DNA of 64,000 nucleotides from positions 124,001 to 188,000 of the IMG/VR virus record IMGVR_UViG_3300027899_000001; one strand, given 5' to 3'. The stretch's first letter is position 1. Every line of letters begins with the position of its first letter. Under the pieces are notes generated by a model. The model ran no database searches. It saw only the letters and a list, made by a program, of their open reading frames with translations, and was not told the origin of the DNA. This document shows, one piece after another, positions 56,992 through 64,000 of this stretch. The position numbers were made by a program, and so were the translations under genes.

Positions 56992-58137
56992 ATGAAGAAT
57001 CCGATTAAAAATCAAAACAACGAATTTATATGTGAAGAATGTAATAAAACATATATCAAATTAGATGGATTATCCAAACATATTGGTGTTATTCATCAAA
57101 ATAAAAAAGAATATTACGACAAATATCTAAAAGAAGAAAATGAAGATATTTGTCCCATATGTGGAAATAAAAATCCATATTTAAATAGATGGGACAGAGG
57201 ATATAAGAAAACCTGTTCAATAAAATGTGCTAATATATTAAGACATCAATTACAAGCAAACACACTATTAAAAAAATTTGGTGTAGAAAATGTTATGCAA
57301 ATAAAAGAAGTTAGAGAAAAATATGAAAATACATGTTTTGAAAAATATGGTGTTAAAAATGCTATAGAAAATAAAGATGTTAGAGAAAAATCAAAACAAA
57401 CTTGTTTAAAACATTTTGGAGTTGAAAATCCATTGCAATCATTAGAAATACAGACACGAGGAAGAAAAACAATGAAAGAAAAATATGGAGCCGAATATAC
57501 TTGGCAATCTGAATCCCTTATGAATAAAGTTAAAGAAATAAATATAAAAAAATATGGGGTTGAGTGCCCTTCTCAAAACGAAAAAATAAAAGAAAAAATT
57601 AAAAAAACAACAAAGGAAACCACAGGATATGAATATAATTTTCAAAATAAAGAATTAATGATAAATTCTATGTTAAATAAATATGGTGTTGAAAATATAT
57701 CTCAATTAGAAGAAACACAAAATAAAATAATAAAAACAAATCTAGAAAAATATGGAGTTACTCACCATTTTCAAAACAAAGAGATTTTTTTAAATGCTCA
57801 GAAAAAAGCATTTAAAGTGTTTCAATTTAAAAATACAAATATTTGGTATCAAGGTTCTTATGAATTAGATTTTATTAATAAATATTATGATAAATTTCCA
57901 GATATACAAAGAGGCCCATCAATTCCATATAAATTAAATAATAAAAATAGAATATATCATGCTGATTTTTTTATTCCATCATTAAATTTAGTTATCGAAT
58001 GTAAAAGTAGTTATTATTATAAAAGATTTAAAAAACAAGATATTGCAAAGAAAAAAGCCACTATTTCTAATGGCTTCAAATATATTATGATAACTAATAA
58101 AAAATATAATAAATTCATTAAATTATATTGCGCTTAA
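56992..58137 (+). CDS. Homing-endonuclease-like protein (Zn finger, many KYGVEN repeats, PD-(D/E)XK)
   Basis: Paralog of 2455 and 54597; YHADFFIPSLNLVIECKS. Confidence 0.75.
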   Translation: MKNPIKNQNNEFICEECNKTYIKLDGLSKHIGVIHQNKKEYYDKYLKEENEDICPICGNKNPYLNRWDRGYKKTCSIKCANILRHQLQANTLLKKFGVENVMQIKEVREKYENTCFEKYGVKNAIENKDVREKSKQTCLKHFGVENPLQSLEIQTRGRKTMKEKYGAEYTWQSESLMNKVKEINIKKYGVECPSQNEKIKEKIKKTTKETTGYEYNFQNKELMINSMLNKYGVENISQLEETQNKIIKTNLEKYGVTHHFQNKEIFLNAQKKAFKVFQFKNTNIWYQGSYELDFINKYYDKFPDIQRGPSIPYKLNNKNRIYHADFFIPSLNLVIECKSSYYYKRFKKQDIAKKKATISNGFKYIMITNKKYNKFIKLYCA

Positions 58138-58147
58138 TATATTCATG

Positions 58148-58618
58148 TTACATTTCTTTATTTATTTTATACAATTCTCTTCCGTGAGCTTTAAGTTTCT
58201 TTGCCAATTGTCTACTTGTAAACTCTTCAGCGCCATTATCTTTTAATAATTTAATCATATCTTCATCTTCATTACTTTTTGCAGTGTTTAGGATGCCATA
58301 GTGTATAGAAAGATGTAAATTTGCTCCTTTTTCTATTAGCCATTTTGCTAATTCTAAATTTTTATTAAGAACTACCCACTCTATAACTGATCCTCTATAC
58401 GCATTTATATCTGCGCCGTTTTCAATTAAATATTTTACATAATCTTCTTTATTTTGTTTAGCACAGTATAATAAACAAGTATCAATATCAACATAATCTG
58501 ATTTTGTAAGTTTTTTTACAAATTCTTTTATTTTATGCATCATTCCAATATCCATGTCTTTTATTGGATCCGATTCTTCTTTAAACTTTTCGTTTATATA
58601 TTCTCTAACTAATTTCAT
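58148..58618 (-). CDS. Tag family, ankyrin payload
   Basis: INEKFKEESDPIKDMDIG; VKYLIENGADIN, WLIEKGAN. Confidence 0.82.
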   Translation of the reverse strand: MKLVREYINEKFKEESDPIKDMDIGMMHKIKEFVKKLTKSDYVDIDTCLLYCAKQNKEDYVKYLIENGADINAYRGSVIEWVVLNKNLELAKWLIEKGANLHLSIHYGILNTAKSNEDEDMIKLLKDNGAEEFTSRQLAKKLKAHGRELYKINKEM

Positions 58619-60393
58619 TTGGTTTTTAATGCTGCATTTTCGCTTGTTAGCTGTGTAACTGTAGCTTCTAATTCAGCTATTTTAGTTTGTAAATCTGTAA
58701 CTGTATATAGACTATTATAATTTGCTATTATTTGATCTTGATTAGAGATATCATAATAAACTCCTTCATAAAATGTGTATGAAGTTCCATTAGGATTTTT
58801 AATTATAATAGAATACTTGTTATTCGTTTGTTGTTTCAATTTAAATAATTCATCTTCAGTTAATTTAAATTCAATTTCTCCTATTGTTGTATTCATATTT
58901 GAAGAATATGTTGGAGGTCTTTCAAGTTTACTTCCATCGTCAAATTTAAATAATAATGCATAGTTATACGCACCAGATAAATCAACATTTATTTTGTTAT
59001 TATTTGAGTCAAGTTTTTCAAATTTAAATTTATAATCTGAATCATATGATTTTAAGAATAATGGTCCTGTTCCTGCAGGAAATACTTCATTGAAAGCATT
59101 TAGTAATACTGTTGTAGTATCATAAAATACTTTAACATATTTAGTTTTTTCAAGGCCCGATCCCATATTTATATTCGGTTTTTCTGCTTCTATTCTATTA
59201 AATATTTTATAGGGTATTAAATTATCTACATTTAATCTAGTAAATCTTAATCCATATTTTTTAGGATTTGGCGAAGAAAATGATGCTTTTCTAATAATTT
59301 GAGTTCCATCCATTCTATTTGTTAATCTACATGTATATTGAATTGTATAAGATGCATCAATATCAGCATTTCTAAGAATAGGACGAAAATAATTTGCAAT
59401 TGAAAAATCTGCATCTTGAGTAAAAGAATATTTTTGTGTTAATAATGATGTTCCTCCAGCGCCTGCTAATTGTTCATATACAGAAATTTCATGAATAATT
59501 ATCCATTTACTTGTTCCCATTCCATATATGTCTACAAATGAATTATAATTATCATTTGGATTATTTGAAGTGTATAATTTTATTCTTCCACTTTCAATAT
59601 CACCCATATAATTTCCTATTATTAAATTATTCCATGTAGCATAATACTCTATATAATCTCCAGCAGTTGATTCAGCAATAAAACAATTAAAATTATCTGC
59701 AACACTTGATACTGGAAGTTGAACATTTATTATTTCATCTACAGTAAATTGATTACTAACGATATCAAATATTGTACTATATGTAGCATATACATCACTT
59801 AAAGATGTAATTTGAAGTGCTTGTCCTAAATCTGTAGCTACATCTCCGCCTAATGCTTGAACGCAAGGAACTTTAAATTCTATATATTTATCATAAAATC
59901 TGTTTCCGAGGAACAATGTATTAGTTGCAAATTTTATAACATTAGTTCCAAATGTTTGCGATTGTTTTGCATATGTAAAGTTTGCTAAATCAACTAAAGC
60001 ACCAGCTGTATCAAGTGCTCTCAATTGAAGAAGAAATCCACCTATATCATCAAAATTATATCCCGATACAATATGAATTTTAACAGTATCATAAGTATAT
60101 GTTGTAGTAGTTGTAGGAGTAACAGAAGTAAAATAAGGAGGATATGTAGTTAAATACACAGAAGCATCAAAAAACCAAGTAGTTCGCTGAGAATTAGTAG
60201 GTACTGAATTTAAGGGTAAAATATTATTTGTTCCACCTAAAGCAGCATCTCCTTCATAAAAATATTTAGTTCCAAGTGTTGTTACAACAACACTGGCCGA
60301 TGTTAATGATGTTTCAACAGCATCTTTATTGAATTCGTATTCAAGAAGAAGAAAATCATTTAATTGGATATATTTACTTATATTTGATGCCAT
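58615..60393 (-). CDS. Putative virion structural protein
   Basis: Beta-rich T/N/Y composition, C-terminal coiled coil, structural gene neighbourhood. Confidence 0.55.
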   Translation of the reverse strand: MASNISKYIQLNDFLLLEYEFNKDAVETSLTSASVVVTTLGTKYFYEGDAALGGTNNILPLNSVPTNSQRTTWFFDASVYLTTYPPYFTSVTPTTTTTYTYDTVKIHIVSGYNFDDIGGFLLQLRALDTAGALVDLANFTYAKQSQTFGTNVIKFATNTLFLGNRFYDKYIEFKVPCVQALGGDVATDLGQALQITSLSDVYATYSTIFDIVSNQFTVDEIINVQLPVSSVADNFNCFIAESTAGDYIEYYATWNNLIIGNYMGDIESGRIKLYTSNNPNDNYNSFVDIYGMGTSKWIIIHEISVYEQLAGAGGTSLLTQKYSFTQDADFSIANYFRPILRNADIDASYTIQYTCRLTNRMDGTQIIRKASFSSPNPKKYGLRFTRLNVDNLIPYKIFNRIEAEKPNINMGSGLEKTKYVKVFYDTTTVLLNAFNEVFPAGTGPLFLKSYDSDYKFKFEKLDSNNNKINVDLSGAYNYALLFKFDDGSKLERPPTYSSNMNTTIGEIEFKLTEDELFKLKQQTNNKYSIIIKNPNGTSYTFYEGVYYDISNQDQIIANYNSLYTVTDLQTKIAELEATVTQLTSENAALKTK

Positions 60394-60414
60394 TTTATAT
60401 TTTTATTTTATTTA

Positions 60415-61245
60415 TTACCAACTATATATGCTATATTGAAAACTAGGTCCTACAACCCAGCCAAATTTGCCACTTGTTATATCCCAGCCACTTGTTGTTC
60501 CAACTCCTATACTCCATCCATTAAACCAATGTTTCTTTTTAGTAAGTGTTTTTACCCAAGGATTAGAATTAGGGTCTATTAATACACCTTCCATTTGTTT
60601 TACACTAAATCCTGGATAATTACTTTGTATAAACACTCTTAACATTTTATCTTCAACTTTTTGTCCCCAAGTCAAATCTATTTGAGTTAATCTTTTTGTT
60701 AATTCTGTATCTATATGAGCTAATTCAAGAGTATCTTTTCTTAGTACACCTATGTAAGTTTTTCCTTCAAATATATCATAATTTGTTGAATCATATTTAT
60801 ATGTTAAAGACCAAGGAGCAACATAAGTGTTTTCATCAATTTTTAGTAGTTTTGCAATTTGTTTATCTTTTTCTACAAGATGTTTTCTTAAAGTTGCAGA
60901 ATCTTGTTGTAATAGAACTATTGAATGATTAAGAGAAAGAATTCTTCCATCTTGTTCTTGAATTTTATCCCACAGTTTTCTATTAAGAGTTTTAAGTTCT
61001 TTTTCAGTTGCAATATACCCTGCAATTGAAACAATTATTTCGCCGTTTCTTTTTCTTTCAGTTTTCAGAGAATCTGTCATTGCGTGCATGTTTTGATCTG
61101 TTTTGCTAATATCTTGCTTAAGATTCATAATTCGATTACACGTAATTGCACCAAATATTATCAATAAAATTATAACTGAAATAGCGAAGAACGGACTATT
61201 TAAGAATTTCCAAATTTTTGTTAATGTTTCTTTAAAGGTTGCCAT
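60415..61245 (-). CDS. Membrane-anchored coiled-coil protein, spanin-like candidate
   Basis: N-terminal TM helix, coiled coil, Gly/aromatic beta C-terminus ending in W. Confidence 0.45.
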   Translation of the reverse strand: MATFKETLTKIWKFLNSPFFAISVIILLIIFGAITCNRIMNLKQDISKTDQNMHAMTDSLKTERKRNGEIIVSIAGYIATEKELKTLNRKLWDKIQEQDGRILSLNHSIVLLQQDSATLRKHLVEKDKQIAKLLKIDENTYVAPWSLTYKYDSTNYDIFEGKTYIGVLRKDTLELAHIDTELTKRLTQIDLTWGQKVEDKMLRVFIQSNYPGFSVKQMEGVLIDPNSNPWVKTLTKKKHWFNGWSIGVGTTSGWDITSGKFGWVVGPSFQYSIYSW

Positions 61246-61259
61246 ATTTTTATTATTTA

Positions 61260-63089
61260 TTAAGCTGTATATAAATTAACGAATCCTAAAAATGATCCTC
61301 CTGCAGTAACAGTAAATGAACTAGAATATACATCGTTACCAGAACCTGCTACACCACTCCATGATTGATTACGAGGTCTTAATATTTGTGTTGAATTTGC
61401 TGGATCTATATAAACACTCATTGTATCTGGATACCCTTGATTATTTCCTAAATTAAATCTATATGTTCCTGGCACTGCTGGAACTGTAGTAAATATATAT
61501 GTTCCATTTTGAAGAGGCGTTATAGACATAGCCGTACTATATGTAATCCACGTAATACCGCTTAATTGTTCTACAGTAACTCTTCCTTTATATCCATTGT
61601 AAGGTCCTGGTGTATCTGCCCAATATGCAGTTAATTCAATATTTCCAGTTGAAGGAGCAGTTCCGGGTTGTGAAACCCAGAACCCACGTGCTGTTCCTAT
61701 AGTAGGAGTAAATCTAATTAAAATATCTCTATCAGATGTTCCACTATATGCACTAACTAAAATAGATACATCATGTGGAGCTGACCAATCAGATCTTAAA
61801 CGAGCAGGTTGCGGGTTAGCTGGTGACCAAGTAAGCCAGCTAGTTCCATGACCATAATCAATTTTTGAAACACTATATGAATAATTAGATGATACTTCAA
61901 CATTAAATCCCCATGCAGAAGATGGGCAACGTACTGTAAACCATGAAGGATTTATCTCTCCGCTAACATCAATCATAAATGTTGATATTACAGCATCAGT
62001 AAGTGCTATTCTTTTTGATTGTCTTTGCCACCCTCTTTCATATACGTCAAGATACGCATGATAAAGTTTATCTGTATCTAATCCTGTTATCAATACAGAC
62101 CCACTTGATTCAATTTCTCTAAAAACTAAAGAAGATGGATTTTGTTGAATATCAAAAGCAAAAGATTTATTACTTATTGATGCATCTACATGAATATTTA
62201 AATCTGCTTTTATTACACCAGGATCATATCCATCTATTAATCTAGTTAAATCCCAATATATTGATACTTCAGCAGTTCCATTATTTGCATAATATAAGTA
62301 TGAAGAAGTGTCTGTACTACTATATCCATCATCATAAGTAAAAACTGGATCAACTAAATGATTCATTTTCATTTCATAATTAGTTAATACAGTACCTTCT
62401 AATGTATTAGCATTAAAGAGATTATTTACATCTTTTGTAACTCTTAATGAACTAACATCAAATGTTATATTAACATTTCGTGTTAACCCATTTATATCAG
62501 CATTTCCTATTCTAAAAATATTATCATTAATATCTCTTACTATTGCGATAGCTCTTATATCATCACCATCTGCTGAAGAAAATAAACTAAATGCATTATA
62601 TTGAAAATTTTGATCTATATTTGTAAATTCTATTCTTGTAAAATATTTAGGAATAATTCCATATATTTCAGATGGATAATTAGCATACGGTTGAGCTACA
62701 GTAGTCATTACATTATCTATAATATATCTAGGATTTGTATTGCTATATCTAGAAGCACCATTAATTGCAGTTTCTCCACTATCAGTGAAATATCCTGATA
62801 TGTTTATAGACATAGTAGTTTCAACATACGTGTCTCCAATTATTTCATAAATTCTTCCTTCTGAAGATATAAAAAGATCCCCATCTTGATATGTTCTTCC
62901 GTTTGGTAAAGGCACATCAGCACCAGACCATATCATATAATTGCCTAATATTTTTCCTTCAATGACAGTTCTACTAGTATCTGGATCAATATCTGAAAAA
63001 TACATAGATAATCCTGTACTACCTGCAGATCCATCTGCTCCTTGTGTTCCGTATCCTGGTAATCCAGGTGCATAATTAAATTTTGCCAT
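61260..63089 (-). CDS. Putative virion/tail protein with BACON-like domain
   Basis: Short GxY repeat at the N-terminus; VSSN..Y.VS...SWLTWSP...VSILVSAY...DR. Confidence 0.5.
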   Translation of the reverse strand: MAKFNYAPGLPGYGTQGADGSAGSTGLSMYFSDIDPDTSRTVIEGKILGNYMIWSGADVPLPNGRTYQDGDLFISSEGRIYEIIGDTYVETTMSINISGYFTDSGETAINGASRYSNTNPRYIIDNVMTTVAQPYANYPSEIYGIIPKYFTRIEFTNIDQNFQYNAFSLFSSADGDDIRAIAIVRDINDNIFRIGNADINGLTRNVNITFDVSSLRVTKDVNNLFNANTLEGTVLTNYEMKMNHLVDPVFTYDDGYSSTDTSSYLYYANNGTAEVSIYWDLTRLIDGYDPGVIKADLNIHVDASISNKSFAFDIQQNPSSLVFREIESSGSVLITGLDTDKLYHAYLDVYERGWQRQSKRIALTDAVISTFMIDVSGEINPSWFTVRCPSSAWGFNVEVSSNYSYSVSKIDYGHGTSWLTWSPANPQPARLRSDWSAPHDVSILVSAYSGTSDRDILIRFTPTIGTARGFWVSQPGTAPSTGNIELTAYWADTPGPYNGYKGRVTVEQLSGITWITYSTAMSITPLQNGTYIFTTVPAVPGTYRFNLGNNQGYPDTMSVYIDPANSTQILRPRNQSWSGVAGSGNDVYSSSFTVTAGGSFLGFVNLYTA

Positions 63090-63109
63090 GTTGGTTTATT
63101 TTATATATT

Positions 63110-64000
63110 TTATTTTTCAAAGAGTGTAAACTTAACATAATAAGAATAATTTAAATTCTTAGGAATTGTTATCAAATATTTCCAATCTTTATTTTCAAAA
63201 GATAATTTAGTTGTATAATTTATTTTTATATTTTCTGAAAATTGAGTATCATATGTATAATATAATAATGAAGTAGCATAACTTTTTGTATAAAGATTTA
63301 ATTTAATTTTACTAATGCTTATGTTATAATATGAAATGATAGTGTCATTAATATAAGAATTTATAATTGCGTCTGTTGCTGCTAATCCTGCCCAGTTATT
63401 TAAAAATAGTTTGTTATCTTTAAATAAATTAGATATAATTTTAGTTAAATTATAACTTAAAATATAATTATTAGTATCAGTTATAACTGAAGCTACTGTT
63501 ACATCAAAGGAATCTAAAACTAAATAATCTGGAAGTTTTATTAATTTTGATCCAAAAAATGATGGTAATTCTAAAGATGATTCATAACCATTAATTAATG
63601 TAGATTCTTGTAATGTATAATAATTTGCATCCCAAAGAGCATTAAATACATTAAATTCTTCTTTATAATCAATAGCATTGGCAGCGCTAACATCTGTTTC
63701 AGAAACTCTAGTAGTAACTTTATTGTACCATAATTGATCAATATTTTTATATGAACGTAAATTTGTATTACTTAATGTAAAATCAAGATTCAATATATCC
63801 ATTAAATCTTTGTCTTCGTTAGATTTAAAATCTAATATAGAATCAAATTTAGGTGTATACCAGCCATTATATGTTGTTAAATTATTAAATTGTCGCGGAG
63901 TATTTAATGCAAAATAAAATGGACACGTTTTAAATGTAAGATTATCATATATTACATTTTCTCTAATAATATACGCCATAATGTAATCATTTTCATTATT
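63110..64000 (-). CDS. C-terminal part of a large putative structural protein (probably starts beyond the window)
   Basis: Frame is open from 63979 to the window edge (AAT AAT GAA AAT GAT TAC ATT ATG). Confidence 0.55.
   Translation of the reverse strand, partial: NNENDYIMAYIIRENVIYDNLTFKTCPFYFALNTPRQFNNLTTYNGWYTPKFDSILDFKSNEDKDLMDILNLDFTLSNTNLRSYKNIDQLWYNKVTTRVSETDVSAANAIDYKEEFNVFNALWDANYYTLQESTLINGYESSLELPSFFGSKLIKLPDYLVLDSFDVTVASVITDTNNYILSYNLTKIISNLFKDNKLFLNNWAGLAATDAIINSYINDTIISYYNISISKIKLNLYTKSYATSLLYYTYDTQFSENIKINYTTKLSFENKDWKYLITIPKNLNYSYYVKFTLFEK

Noticed and set aside
11835-58618. Tag-coding DNA repeats as a CRISPR array, attC sites or DGR repeats
   Set aside because: They are always in-frame coding with synonymous variation, separated by hundreds of bp, non-palindromic, and no cas, integrase or reverse transcriptase gene is in the window.
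307-62798. Short opposite-strand or nested track ORFs (e.g. 307, 3334, 14093, 14529, 16178, 22794, 25814, 33425, 34379, 34710, 41665, 44329, 47565, 51549, 57442, 62601)
   Set aside because: Shadows of well-supported genes, with no motifs or expression signals.
1-64000. tRNA, rRNA, IS transposase or integrase genes
   Set aside because: None recognisable; intergenic gaps are short and mostly explained by promoters and terminators.

Overview
Very AT-rich, densely coded segment of a large T4-related (jumbo-type) myophage genome, mostly on the minus strand, in the standard genetic code. TAnnTTTG promoters, a BACON-like domain and host-like secreted proteins suggest a Bacteroidota host. Core genes: NAD-dependent DNA ligase split in two around an endonuclease gene; IMPDH/GMP-reductase fractured by a split intein plus endonuclease; class II RNR with an HNH intein; the N-terminal half of a family-B DNA polymerase; dUTPase; UvsW, UvsY-like, primase, gp32-like SSB and RuvC-like genes; an amidase; and virion genes at the right end. 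There are eight free-standing homing-endonuclease-like genes. The most striking feature is a peptide tag, [ILV]xE-KFxEESDP[IV]xD[LM]GIG, present 33 times (manual count) in 22 ORFs. It always opens a 90-170 aa variable module (ankyrin, LRR-like and at least six unknown classes), and these modules are re-assorted among single-module genes and 2-3-module polyproteins. I infer a capsid-packaged, prohead-protease-processed modular effector system. A second unexplained signal is a covarying three-way-junction element upstream of two related endonuclease genes. All family assignments come from motif recognition by eye; no searches were run.
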